This document shows positions 1-9,929 of a stretch of 64,000 bases of DNA, piece after piece; the first letter of the stretch is position 1; each line of letters starts with the position of its first letter. The stretch spans positions 15,764 through 79,763 of IMG/VR virus record IMGVR_UViG_3300030108_004141; one strand, given 5' to 3'. A program made the translations under genes and the position numbers. This DNA comes from a virus. The notes below the pieces were generated by a model. The model ran no database searches. It saw nothing but the letters and a program-made list of their open reading frames with translations, and was not told the DNA's origin.

Positions 1-516
1 ATGGTTGAGAAGTTCAAAGGTCTGTTGTTCCAGATCGAACGCGACGCCAACGAAATTGCGAAGGCAACTCGTCGGGGTAAAGCTAACGTCATGATCTGCG
101 ATTCGGATGTAGCATCCGCGTTGTCGATGGCTGGCGTGCTTGACTACAGCCCTGCGATGTCGACGAACCTCAATGTAGACGACACGGGTAACACCTTCGC
201 TGGTGTTCTCAATGGTCGGATCCGCGTTTACATCGATCCGTACTTCAGCTCCAATGCTGGCAACCGCTACTTCACGGTTGGCTACAAAGGTGCGAGTGCT
301 TTCGATGCGGGTCTGTTCTATTGCCCATACGTGCCTCTGCAAATGGTCCGCGCCATCGGCGAAGATACCTTCCAGCCAAAAATTGGCTTCAAAACTCGAT
401 ACGGAATGGTCGCGAATCCGTTCGCTACGACCGATGCCGATGGAGTTATTGGTGGCTTCGACGGAAACAAAGCTAACAAATACTATCGTTTGGCTGCTGT
501 TTCAAACCTTATGTAA
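1..516 (+). CDS. gp23: Major capsid protein, C-terminal part (partial)
   Basis: T4 gp23 C-terminal motifs DAGLFYCPYVPLQMVRA and FQPKIGFKTRYGMVANPF. Confidence 0.97.
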   Translation: MVEKFKGLLFQIERDANEIAKATRRGKANVMICDSDVASALSMAGVLDYSPAMSTNLNVDDTGNTFAGVLNGRIRVYIDPYFSSNAGNRYFTVGYKGASAFDAGLFYCPYVPLQMVRAIGEDTFQPKIGFKTRYGMVANPFATTDADGVIGGFDGNKANKYYRLAAVSNLM

Positions 517-542
517 TAATAACCATAAGGCGAGCAAAAACT

Positions 543-574
543 GGGGAGGGCGAAAGGCTCTCCCCTTTTTTTTT
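543..574 (+). terminator. Rho-independent terminator after gp23
   Basis: GGGGAGGGC-GAAAG-GCTCTCCCC hairpin followed by T9. Confidence 0.9.
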
Positions 575-578
575 AAAT

Positions 579-611
579 TCCATTTACAATTAACGGTTGT
601 GACGCTATTAT
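579..611 (+). promoter_or_regulatory. Sigma70-like promoter, TCC(C/A) family
   Basis: TCCA-TTTACA-N17-TATTAT. Confidence 0.6.
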
Positions 612-640
612 GAGTAATGTCACGAGGGGTCATAATATAT

Positions 641-648
641 TATAAATA
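641..648 (+). promoter_or_regulatory. T4-type late promoter
   Basis: TATAAATA 22 nt upstream of the gp3 start. Confidence 0.85.
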
Positions 649-670
649 GAGTACACGACAGGATAGACAT

Positions 671-1228
671 ATGAGTACTCAAGAACAACCAGATAATCTA
701 AATTATCTTTCGCCACTCGGCTTTCGTTTTCAATTAAAGCGACTTCCGAATGTAAATTATTTTACACAATCTGTTACTCTACCGACTCTCACACTTAATC
801 CTATAGAGCAGCAAACTTCTCCGTTCGGTATCATACCCAGACCTGGGGATAGATTACAATATGATCCATTTACACTCAGGTTCCGAGTCGATGAAGACTT
901 AACTAATTATATTGAAATCGAAGACTGGCTGGTGGGCTTGGGTCATCCTGAAAGTTTTGAGCAAACGAAAGAGTTCGCTGAGTCTAATCCTTCACCCTTC
1001 GTAACTAAAGCACGAGGAGGTGGTGCAGCACAAGCATCTAACTATGTTTCTGACGCTACTCTTACTGTGTTGACTAGTCATAAAAATCCCCATATAAATA
1101 TATTTTTCCAGGATGTGTTTCCTATATCGCTAACAGAGTTGACGTTCGATGTGACTCAACCTGATTTAGAATATCTTGAGGCATCTGTAACATTTAGATA
1201 TAGGAAGTTCAAAACAGAAAGGATATAG
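671..1228 (+). CDS. gp3: Tail completion / sheath stabiliser protein
   Basis: NYLSPLGFRF...P.VNYF.Q..LP, F.VDEDL.NY, SDATL, FPISL..L.FD motifs; position after gp23 as in marine T4-like phages. Confidence 0.85.
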   Translation: MSTQEQPDNLNYLSPLGFRFQLKRLPNVNYFTQSVTLPTLTLNPIEQQTSPFGIIPRPGDRLQYDPFTLRFRVDEDLTNYIEIEDWLVGLGHPESFEQTKEFAESNPSPFVTKARGGGAAQASNYVSDATLTVLTSHKNPHINIFFQDVFPISLTELTFDVTQPDLEYLEASVTFRYRKFKTERI

Positions 1229-1229
1229 T

Positions 1230-1907
1230 ATGTTTCCTGATGATCTTATTATTGAACGTGTGAATGAATCGAAACCTTGGTTTGAAAAGAACTGCTTCAA
1301 CCCCGATGAAATATTCACTATGGATGAGTTCAAAAATCACATCAACTTTCGCCCTAACCTGAGACAAGAACGAATTAACTGGATAGGTGATATCGGTGAA
1401 TTAAGTTGGGGAGGTGAAGAATGGTGTTGCGATCAGAACAACTGGCCAATAGGTTTGTTTGATCGATTGTTAGATAAGCATGCTGTTTGTCTCGAGGATA
1501 GTTCGCGTATCAACAAAAACATAAATGAAATTTGCAAAAAGCTCGAGCTCTCCTCAGGCTCACCGACTGATGCGCATATCTTCTTTTCGCGCCAATCAGA
1601 AAGTAAAAGTTTCAGTGCTCACTGGGACTGGTCATCTAATATCATATGCCAGTTCTACGGAACTGCTCATATCAAAGTTTATGCAAATATCCCAGAAAAC
1701 ATAGACAACGAACATAGAACATGGGTAAAACAAGAGGAAGATTTAGAGCTTGTATATGAACAAGATATGGATCCTGGAGATATAGCATATGTCCCTGATC
1801 AAACGTATCACTTCTACAACCCAAAGTCTAAACGACTGAGCATTAGTTTTCCCATGAATGCCAACTCACAAGATAAACGTCAACAAAGACAATGGATTGA
1901 GCCATAG
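1230..1907 (+). CDS. JmjC/cupin-like 2OG-Fe(II) oxygenase
   Basis: SFSAHWD (HxD) ... PGDIAYVP..TYH ... RLSISF. Confidence 0.7.
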   Translation: MFPDDLIIERVNESKPWFEKNCFNPDEIFTMDEFKNHINFRPNLRQERINWIGDIGELSWGGEEWCCDQNNWPIGLFDRLLDKHAVCLEDSSRINKNINEICKKLELSSGSPTDAHIFFSRQSESKSFSAHWDWSSNIICQFYGTAHIKVYANIPENIDNEHRTWVKQEEDLELVYEQDMDPGDIAYVPDQTYHFYNPKSKRLSISFPMNANSQDKRQQRQWIEP

Positions 1908-1940
1908 TCCATTTACAATCGTTGAGTTTTAATATAGAAT
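1908..1940 (+). promoter_or_regulatory. Sigma70-like promoter, TCC(C/A) family (likely leaderless uvsY)
   Basis: TCCA-TTTACA-N17-TAGAAT; ATG 6 nt after the -10. Confidence 0.75.
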
Positions 1941-1946
1941 GATCTC

Positions 1947-2381
1947 ATGATTAACATTGATGAAATAGTTGAAAGCTGGCGTGAAGACTCTAAGATTGAT
2001 GATCTCAATTTAGATAAGGAAAACGTTCGGATACCGTCACTACACTCTAAGTATGTTGGTATGATGGTTGATGAAAATAAATCTTTGCGCACTTTGATCC
2101 GCGACCGCGCTATACTGCGCAGACTGCTGAGATCATATTATTTGGGCAAGGCAGACACTGACGATTTAGAAAAACTTGGTCGCGATCAGTTCTATGAAAA
2201 AATATTGAAGAATGAACTCAACGAGTATATGGATACAGATGAGCTGATGATTCGGATCAATGCTAGAATATCAACCCAAGAAGAAAAGATCGATGTTCTA
2301 AAAGAAATCATAAGATCGATAAACAGCAGAGGATATCAACTAAAAAATGCGATTGACTGGCACAGGCTGACGATGGGTTAA
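1947..2381 (+). CDS. uvsY: Recombination mediator UvsY
   Basis: W..DS.ID, IPSLHSKY, YYLGK, RGYQLKNAIDW motifs; directly upstream of uvsW. Confidence 0.9.
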   Translation: MINIDEIVESWREDSKIDDLNLDKENVRIPSLHSKYVGMMVDENKSLRTLIRDRAILRRLLRSYYLGKADTDDLEKLGRDQFYEKILKNELNEYMDTDELMIRINARISTQEEKIDVLKEIIRSINSRGYQLKNAIDWHRLTMG

Positions 2382-3838
2382 TGCTCAAGATCAAGAAGTT
2401 AGATGAAGTGTGGGCGTTTGTTGAGTGTGAGCCAGGTCAGTGTCAAGAAATATCTGACTTACTCACGTTCGAGGTTCCTGGCGCAAAATTTATGCCATCC
2501 TATCGTAAAAGATATTGGGACGGCAAGATCCGCTTATATGACGCAAAGAAAAGTCGTATCTACACAGGTCTGCATACAAAGATGCGCGACTTCGCCCTGT
2601 CTAACAACTATGACATAGAAGTCGATGAAGCACTCTTAGATACTGATGAAATATCAATCGCTGAAGCACGTGGCTTTGCTAAAAGTTTACACATGCCGAT
2701 AGAGCCACGTGATTATCAGCTACAAGCATTTTCTTTTGCTGTGCGCAATCGCCGTGCTGTTTTAGTTTCGCCGACAGGTAGTGGTAAATCGTTGATCGCT
2801 TATCTGATCGCTCGTTGGTATAATCAAAAAACACTTATCGTTGTTCCTACTGTTTCTCTCGTCATGCAGATGGCAAAAGATTTTGAAGAGTATGGTTACG
2901 ATAAAGAAGTACACGGTATCATGGCAGGTGTAGAAAAAACTTCTGCGACTGATATAACTGTTTCAACATGGCAATCTATTTACGAACAGAAGAAACCATT
3001 TTTCAAGAACTACAAGGTTATCATCGGTGATGAAGCACACTTGTTCAAAGCGAAGAGTTTAACTTCTATTATGACTAAGATGCCAGATACACCATATCGT
3101 TTCGGTATGACTGGCACACTCGATGGTGCTGAGGTGCATGAGCTGGTGCTTGAAGGTTTGTTCGGTCCGATAGAAAAAGTTGTAGATACAAGCACTCTCA
3201 TCGATGATAAGAACTTGGCTGATCTTAAGATCAAGATACTTGTACTGAGTCACCCAAAAGAACTACGCAAAGATGTGCTTGATGGCGATTACCAAAATGA
3301 ACTTGAGGCAATCGTAACTAGCGATGCGCGGAACAAGTTTATCAAAAATCTTGCTCTGTCACTTAAAGGTAATACATTGATTCTTTATGCGCTGGTTGAA
3401 AAACATGGCAAGCAACTATTTGAAATCATAAATGATGCGACTGAGCAAAATGTATTTTTTGTTTCGGGTGGTGTAGAAGCGCAAGAGAGAGAACGTGTTC
3501 GACAGATAGTGGAGCAATCAAATGACAGCATAATTGTTGCCTCATACGGAACCTTTTCGACTGGTATAAATATAAGGAACCTTCATAATGTCATTTTTGC
3601 GAGTCCTACAAAAAGTAGGATCAGAACGCTACAGTCTATCGGAAGAGGTTTGAGAACGAGTGATACGAAATCGTCATGCACTCTATTTGATATTGCGGAT
3701 GATTTTTCTACTAAGAACAGGAAAAACTATACACTCAATCATCTAATGGAACGTGTGAAGATGTATAACTCTGAAGCGTTCCCATATAAGTTGTACAATA
3801 TAAAACTGAGGACAACAGATGAAACCGTTCTATTTTAA
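2381..3838 (+). CDS. uvsW: SF2 DNA helicase UvsW
   Basis: WDGKIRL, SPTGSGKS, DEAH, QSIGRGLR motifs. Confidence 0.96.
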   Translation: MLKIKKLDEVWAFVECEPGQCQEISDLLTFEVPGAKFMPSYRKRYWDGKIRLYDAKKSRIYTGLHTKMRDFALSNNYDIEVDEALLDTDEISIAEARGFAKSLHMPIEPRDYQLQAFSFAVRNRRAVLVSPTGSGKSLIAYLIARWYNQKTLIVVPTVSLVMQMAKDFEEYGYDKEVHGIMAGVEKTSATDITVSTWQSIYEQKKPFFKNYKVIIGDEAHLFKAKSLTSIMTKMPDTPYRFGMTGTLDGAEVHELVLEGLFGPIEKVVDTSTLIDDKNLADLKIKILVLSHPKELRKDVLDGDYQNELEAIVTSDARNKFIKNLALSLKGNTLILYALVEKHGKQLFEIINDATEQNVFFVSGGVEAQERERVRQIVEQSNDSIIVASYGTFSTGINIRNLHNVIFASPTKSRIRTLQSIGRGLRTSDTKSSCTLFDIADDFSTKNRKNYTLNHLMERVKMYNSEAFPYKLYNIKLRTTDETVLF

Positions 3839-4211
3839 ACTTGTTAATGGTGATGAAATAATGGCGAATGTTATCGATGAAGATGAAAACCATTATACTA
3901 TTGATTATCCATTTAAATTCATAGCCCAGCAACATCCTGTATCAGGATACGTTACAACGAGTCTCGTTCGTTGGGTTCCTATGCAAAGTTTTATGATTCA
4001 ACCACTGCGTGTCAAAAAATCTACCATCATCACTGAGGGAAAACTCGCAGATGATATCACAGATTATTATGCGCATGTTCGATTACAAACTACTCGCGAG
4101 ATAGAAAGTGATGATGAGCAAATAGTTTTTGAAGATGAAGAGATGACTGAAGAAGAACTTGATGCTCTTGATGAGCTAACGAATCCGGATGCAAACACAA
4201 CGGTCCATTAG
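3819..4211 (+). CDS. Conserved T4-like hypothetical protein (possible Sm-like fold)
   Basis: KLVNGDEIMA motif; usual position between uvsW and gp55. Confidence 0.6.
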   Translation: MKPFYFKLVNGDEIMANVIDEDENHYTIDYPFKFIAQQHPVSGYVTTSLVRWVPMQSFMIQPLRVKKSTIITEGKLADDITDYYAHVRLQTTREIESDDEQIVFEDEEMTEEELDALDELTNPDANTTVH

Positions 4212-4220
4212 GAGATCTTT

Positions 4221-4760
4221 ATGGCAAAGAAAAAGAAACAGCACTATGTGAACAACGCAGATTTATTTGATGCGATGGTCGAATATAAAAACTCTGTCGC
4301 TGAGGCAGAAAAATTAGGAAATAAAAAACCAAGAGTTCCTATGTTCGTTGGGGAATCTATAATGAAGATCGCCACACATCTTGCGTTTAGACCGAACTTT
4401 GCTAATTATACTTTTCGTGAAGAAATGATTTCTGATGGTATTGAAAACTGTTTGCAGTACATCGATAACTTTGATCCTAACAAGTCTAAAAATCCCTTTG
4501 CATATTTCACACAGATTATATACTATGCTTTCATACGACGTATACAAAAAGAAAAGAAATATCTGTACACGAAATATGCAGCTATAGAAAAAGCTAATTT
4601 TTTAGATGAGACTAGTGCGCTTCACGACTCAGAAAAAAATTCAGGTGTTAAGTATAACTCTGACATACAATATGGTGAGTGGTCTCAGGAGCAGATGGAA
4701 CAGTTTATGGCAGACTTTGAAGAAAGTCGCAAGAAGAAACGGAAGAAGAAGGTTGCTTAA
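4221..4760 (+). CDS. gp55: Late-transcription sigma factor
   Basis: HYVNN, PNFANYTFREEMISDGIENC, NPFAYFTQI motifs. Confidence 0.96.
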   Translation: MAKKKKQHYVNNADLFDAMVEYKNSVAEAEKLGNKKPRVPMFVGESIMKIATHLAFRPNFANYTFREEMISDGIENCLQYIDNFDPNKSKNPFAYFTQIIYYAFIRRIQKEKKYLYTKYAAIEKANFLDETSALHDSEKNSGVKYNSDIQYGEWSQEQMEQFMADFEESRKKKRKKKVA

Positions 4761-4763
4761 AAT

Positions 4764-5837
4764 ATGAAGATTGCTGTTATAGGTGACCTACACTGGGGCG
4801 CACGTAATGACAATCAAGAGTTTCTAAATTATTTTCAGAGATTCTTTGATAATGTTTTCTTCCCTGAGTTGGAAGAGCGTGGTATTAGTAATGTTTTACA
4901 GGTCGGTGACTTCGTTGATCGCCGTAAATTTATTTCGTTCGTCACACTAAATCATGTGCGCGAAAAGATATTTGGTGAGTCACATAAGCGTGGTATCACT
5001 TGGGATATCTTAGTTGGTAATCATGATACACCATACAAAAATACAAATGAAATAAATTCATTACAAGAGTTGTTTTCTCAATATAAAGGAATCAACTTTT
5101 ATCCAGATCCGACTGAAATTAATTTAGATGGTCTTGATATCTTACTGCTGCCTTGGATCAATGTCAGCAACCAAGCAACGAGTATGAGAGCAATAAATGA
5201 AACGAAAGCTCAGGTTGCCTTTGGTCATTTAGAAATCAACGGATTTGAGATGCATCCTGGTGCAGTATGTGACCATGGCATTGAGGCTTCGATATTTAAC
5301 AAGTTCGATATGGTTTGCTCAGGACACTTTCATAAAAAATCAAACTCATCGAATATATTCTACCTCGGAACACCATATCAAATTATGTGGACCGATTATA
5401 ATCAGGAAAAAGGATTTTACATCTTTGACACTGATACTCGTGACCTAGAATTTATCCCGAACCCATACACTTTATTTCATAAAGTTTGGTATGATGATGC
5501 AGGTAAAACATTAGAAAAGATACTATCGACTGATCTCGGACACCTAAGCAAAGCATATGTTAAAGTGATTGTCAAATCAAAGGAAAACCCATATTGGTTT
5601 GATCTCTTTATGAGCAAGATATATAATCTTGCACCGATTGATGTTTCTATAGTAGACGACCATTATCATTTAGATGAAATATCAGAAGAAGATCTTGTCT
5701 CAGAGGCAGAGGATACATTGACAATCTTATCGAAATATATTAATGAACTTGATTACAGTGTAGATAAGAAAGAACTAGATAATTTGATGCGTGGATTATA
5801 TAATGAAGCTCTGACTCTGGAGACAATATATGATTGA
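4764..5837 (+). CDS. gp47: Recombination endonuclease subunit (Mre11/SbcD-like)
   Basis: DLHWG, GDFVDRR, GNHD, SGHFH phosphoesterase motifs. Confidence 0.95.
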   Translation: MKIAVIGDLHWGARNDNQEFLNYFQRFFDNVFFPELEERGISNVLQVGDFVDRRKFISFVTLNHVREKIFGESHKRGITWDILVGNHDTPYKNTNEINSLQELFSQYKGINFYPDPTEINLDGLDILLLPWINVSNQATSMRAINETKAQVAFGHLEINGFEMHPGAVCDHGIEASIFNKFDMVCSGHFHKKSNSSNIFYLGTPYQIMWTDYNQEKGFYIFDTDTRDLEFIPNPYTLFHKVWYDDAGKTLEKILSTDLGHLSKAYVKVIVKSKENPYWFDLFMSKIYNLAPIDVSIVDDHYHLDEISEEDLVSEAEDTLTILSKYINELDYSVDKKELDNLMRGLYNEALTLETIYD

Positions 5838-7536
5838 GTTCCACTTCGTTCGCTGGAAAAATTTTCTATCAACTGGTAATGTTTTCACTGAGGTCGATCT
5901 TCACCTTCATGATACCACTCTGATAACAGGAGAAAATGGTGCAGGAAAATCTACCATACTCGATGCACTATGTTTCGGGTTGTATGGTAAACCTTTCAGA
6001 AAAGTCAAAAAGAACCAACTCATAAACTCTGTTAATAATGGTGGCACAGTTGTAGAAGTTGAGTTTATGATAAATGGTAATGATTATAAAATTGTGCGTG
6101 GTATAAAACCTGCAATCTTAGACATATATCAAAATGGTAAACCTAAAGATCAAGCTGCTAATGTTCGTGACTCACAAGAGGATATCGAAAAAAATATATT
6201 GAGAATGAATCAGAAGTCATTCACCCAAATGGTCATATTAGGATCCTCATCATTTATACCTTTCATGCAGCTTTCTACACATGTTCGGCGCGAGGTTATC
6301 GAGGACTTGTTAGATATCGGTGTGTTTTCTACTATGTCTGCATTACTGAAAGATAGAACGAGTGATAACAAACAAACACTCGCACTAACAGAAAAAGAAA
6401 TACATGGTATCGACTCGATGATCGATATGCAAAAAGAGCAAAGCAAGTTCGACGAGGAGCGGCGAAAGTCCGAACTAGAAAGATGCGAAACGCGCATAGG
6501 TGAGATCGACTCAAACATAAAAAAAGTCGATGAGGATATTGAGGATATCAACAGCCAGATCACTGAACTCTATAACCAAATATCTGATGAGTCTAAGGTA
6601 CATAAAAAATCAGATCGAATTTTAAAGCTCGAAACTGATTTAGATAAAAAGAAAAAGAACGCATTAAAGGTAATAGATTTTTACAATAATAATGATAACT
6701 GCCCAACCTGCACTCAAAAGATTAGTGATGAAATCAAATTAGAAAAAATTAAGGAACGAAACGATACTATCGCTGAACTTGATGATGGTATTGAAAAGCT
6801 AGCAAAAGAAATCGAAAAGATAAATGTTAGGACAAATGAAATTAAGAAACTGCGTGAGGTTATCGAAAATAAAGAAACCGATCTTGTTAGAAGCAAACAA
6901 GCTAAGACAGCAGATGAGCGTGAGCGTTCTCTACTGTTTGGTAAAATCAAAGATCTTAACAACGAAGAGTTTACGCATACTGCAGATAAGCTGCTCGAAC
7001 TCAATGAACAAAAATCAGAAAAGCTATCGGAGAAGGAGGGTCTTCTCAATAAGAAACAGATGTTCGAAATAGCTACATTGATTTTAAAAGACAGTGGGAT
7101 CAAAGCGAAAATCATTAAGCAGTATGTACCAATCATAAATCAGCTGGTCAACAAATATCTAGCAGCTATGGACTTCTTCGTCAAATTTGAACTTGATGAA
7201 AACTTCAGTGAAAAGATTCTATCACGGCATCGCGATGATTTTAGTTATGATTCTTTCAGTGAGGGTGAAAAGATGCGTATCGACTTGTCATTACTTTTCA
7301 CTTGGCGCACCATAGCTAAAATGAAAAACAGTGCTAGCACGAACCTCTTGATTCTCGATGAGGTGTTTGATGCATCACTCGATACTAATGGTTGTGATGA
7401 GTTCCTTAAAATACTAGAAAAGCTCGAAAGCTCAAATGTATTCGTGATATCTCACAAAGCAGATATTATGCAAGATAAGTTTCATAATCACATAAGGTTT
7501 GAAAAATATAAAAATTTCTCGAGGATAGCAGCATGA
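5830..7536 (+). CDS. gp46: Recombination ATPase subunit (Rad50/SbcC-like)
   Basis: GENGAGKS, CPTC zinc hook, FSEGEKMRID, LILDE. Confidence 0.96.
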   Translation: MIEFHFVRWKNFLSTGNVFTEVDLHLHDTTLITGENGAGKSTILDALCFGLYGKPFRKVKKNQLINSVNNGGTVVEVEFMINGNDYKIVRGIKPAILDIYQNGKPKDQAANVRDSQEDIEKNILRMNQKSFTQMVILGSSSFIPFMQLSTHVRREVIEDLLDIGVFSTMSALLKDRTSDNKQTLALTEKEIHGIDSMIDMQKEQSKFDEERRKSELERCETRIGEIDSNIKKVDEDIEDINSQITELYNQISDESKVHKKSDRILKLETDLDKKKKNALKVIDFYNNNDNCPTCTQKISDEIKLEKIKERNDTIAELDDGIEKLAKEIEKINVRTNEIKKLREVIENKETDLVRSKQAKTADERERSLLFGKIKDLNNEEFTHTADKLLELNEQKSEKLSEKEGLLNKKQMFEIATLILKDSGIKAKIIKQYVPIINQLVNKYLAAMDFFVKFELDENFSEKILSRHRDDFSYDSFSEGEKMRIDLSLLFTWRTIAKMKNSASTNLLILDEVFDASLDTNGCDEFLKILEKLESSNVFVISHKADIMQDKFHNHIRFEKYKNFSRIAA

Positions 7537-8192
7537 AATTTGTAGATTTAAAAAGAGAAGGATATCTGTTTGGGCAGATTCCGATAAACCTATACAAAGA
7601 AATAGATGCTGAAATACAAGAACTTCTCGATACCAACTTTAATGGGGCAGAAACATTTGCCGATAGATTAGCTGGTGCGCTTGAGCATGAGTACCTTTTA
7701 TGGAAATCACACATAGCAATGGAAGAATTTATAAACTCTGTTGCCGGAGAATATTTCAAAAACAGTATGTGGTTTGATCCTATAGGTAAAAAATTAAACT
7801 TAGATAGATATTGGTGTAACTTTCAAAAGAAAAATGAATACAATCCTATACACACCCACAGTGGACATTTGAGTTTTGTCATTTGGCATAAAATTCCTTA
7901 TGATGCTGCAGAGGAAGCGATGGCACCGAACAGGAGGCAGATAAACGGGAATCCTCTAGATTTATTTCAGTTCGTATTTCCAGATGCACATGCGAAGGGT
8001 GGTGTCAATAATCACAACCTACAAATAGACAAATCTTTTGAAGGAATGTTTGCACTATTTTCGAATGATCTTTCTCATGTTGTCTATCCATTTTATACGA
8101 GCGATGAGTGGAGAATATCTCTTTCGGGCAACTTAACTGTCAGAGATGAGAGCAATGAAATAATTAGATATGTTGGGAGATCTGAGCAATGA
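7533..8192 (+). CDS. Putative 2OG-Fe(II) oxygenase
   Basis: WCNFQKKNEYNPIHTH, HVVYPFY, RISLSGN motifs typical of marine phage oxygenases. Confidence 0.7.
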   Translation: MKFVDLKREGYLFGQIPINLYKEIDAEIQELLDTNFNGAETFADRLAGALEHEYLLWKSHIAMEEFINSVAGEYFKNSMWFDPIGKKLNLDRYWCNFQKKNEYNPIHTHSGHLSFVIWHKIPYDAAEEAMAPNRRQINGNPLDLFQFVFPDAHAKGGVNNHNLQIDKSFEGMFALFSNDLSHVVYPFYTSDEWRISLSGNLTVRDESNEIIRYVGRSEQ

Positions 8193-8617
8193 TTGAAATA
8201 AAAGGTCATGACCGTAAACTATTACACATCGTGTATAGGCTTTTTGATTTGAAAGTAGCGAAACGTCACGAGGTCATAGATGCAAATAATTTTCTACAGC
8301 TTGCTGCTTTAAATATGCCAAAAGGTAAAACATTTGAGCCTCATAAACATATTTGGAAAGACGGTGAGAGAGAAGTTATAGCGCAAGAAGCGTGGGTGGT
8401 TATAAAGGGAAAGGTCGAGGTTTCTTATTTCAATGAGCTAGGATACCCCATACAGAAAGAAATACTCGAGGAGGGTGATGTATCGATAACACTTCATGGC
8501 GGTCACACATACACTATTCTCGAAGATGCATTAGTTTATGAGTTCAAAACAGGTCCATATACTGGCCAAGAAAATGATAAGATATTTTTGAAAGAGCTAG
8601 ATTATCCAATATTATGA
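8189..8617 (+). CDS. Cupin-fold protein (sugar isomerase/WbuC-like)
   Basis: PHKH...QEAWVV..G, GGH, YEFKTGPY; lies in a sugar cassette. Confidence 0.65.
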   Translation: MIEIKGHDRKLLHIVYRLFDLKVAKRHEVIDANNFLQLAALNMPKGKTFEPHKHIWKDGEREVIAQEAWVVIKGKVEVSYFNELGYPIQKEILEEGDVSITLHGGHTYTILEDALVYEFKTGPYTGQENDKIFLKELDYPIL

Positions 8618-9309
8618 CAAACGTAACTATTCGAGGTGGCATAGGAACTCAGGTTCTTGGCTTCGTTATAAATTTAGCAAGGTATGGTGATAAGATTACT
8701 TCCGTGTCATACAACACAGGCAACTATCCTGCTGAGCAAAGAAAGATAATGAAAGCTGGTTCAGTTCAGGAATATATAGATAAGTGTTTGGATATTATAT
8801 TTCCGATAGAATACAATAATGTTCCGAATGGTAAAACTATTTTGAATGATAAATCTATAGAGCATGCGCTGAAGAACATTACAAGAGCTATATTTTTTGC
8901 AGGTCCGAAAAGAGCTGAGGGTTTTGATAGACCGATTTTACATGTGCGTAAACACGATTATGATACATTATCAGACCAAAGTTATTTTGATTTGATAACA
9001 AAGTATGATTGCGAAAATATAGTCACAGACAGTGTCGACCACTGCAAAAAGTTCGGTCTGAACTATACAGATGAACCTGAAAATACTATCGGTGACTGGC
9101 TTAAACTTGCCAACTCTCGCACTACTTGTGTTGGACCGTTTTCTACATTTACTCTCATGGCAGCATATTTTAATCCAGCACTCGAACTAAAGGTTGTCGA
9201 ACCTCAAGAGGCGAACGGTCATGTTTGGGGTGGGAACGAGCGTATTGAGTCAGGTAAGAGGCATCTTGCCTTATTTGTTAAGCATTTATCTAATGTGAGC
9301 TACGCATGA
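8614..9309 (+). CDS. GT11-like (alpha-1,2-fucosyltransferase-like) glycosyltransferase, divergent
   Basis: RGGIGTQ resembles GGLGNQ; LHVRKHDY resembles HVRRGDY; STF motif. Confidence 0.6.
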   Translation: MTNVTIRGGIGTQVLGFVINLARYGDKITSVSYNTGNYPAEQRKIMKAGSVQEYIDKCLDIIFPIEYNNVPNGKTILNDKSIEHALKNITRAIFFAGPKRAEGFDRPILHVRKHDYDTLSDQSYFDLITKYDCENIVTDSVDHCKKFGLNYTDEPENTIGDWLKLANSRTTCVGPFSTFTLMAAYFNPALELKVVEPQEANGHVWGGNERIESGKRHLALFVKHLSNVSYA

Positions 9310-9929
9310 AAATACTATTATTCTTAGGAGCGGCATGTCCCTTTGGTACAGAGGTCCATAAACATTTGAGCAACAAGGGTCATGACATAACGTATGAATG
9401 GGCGACTGGGCGTGGACAAAAGGTATCAGAGTCTGCTCTCGAATGGGAAGGTGATCTGATTATTTCTTTTCTGAACTATATCATCCTACCAAAAGAAATA
9501 TTGGAAAAAGCACCTGCGATAAACTTTCACCCTGGACCACCTGAGCATCCAGGAAGTGGTTGTATGAGCTGGGGGTTATACTCAGGACAAAAGATTTATG
9601 GCGTCACTGTCCATGAGGTAAATGAAGAAGTCGACGGTGGTAAGATTTTGAAGGTTCGTCGATTTGATATTTCTGATTGTAAGTCGAGAGAAGAGCTTGA
9701 GCATAAAGCCAAAACTGAGTTGCTCACACTTTTCTATGAGTATACAGAATACACTGAGTGGCCACGCAAAGCAAGGAAGATTAGCGAAATTGATGTAGCA
9801 TCAGAACTCGAAAGACATGCGAATACAGATGAGGTCAATAAAAAGATCAGAGCATTTCATACAGAAAAGAATCCAGTTTATGTAATGATTGATGGCAAGA
9901 GGTTTGAATATGTTCCAAAAAGTGACTGA
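9306..9929 (+). CDS. Formyltransferase (sugar N-formyltransferase-like)
   Basis: INFHPG...PG, GVTVH.V...VDGG (N/H/D catalytic triad). Confidence 0.85.
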   Translation: MKILLFLGAACPFGTEVHKHLSNKGHDITYEWATGRGQKVSESALEWEGDLIISFLNYIILPKEILEKAPAINFHPGPPEHPGSGCMSWGLYSGQKIYGVTVHEVNEEVDGGKILKVRRFDISDCKSREELEHKAKTELLTLFYEYTEYTEWPRKARKISEIDVASELERHANTDEVNKKIRAFHTEKNPVYVMIDGKRFEYVPKSD

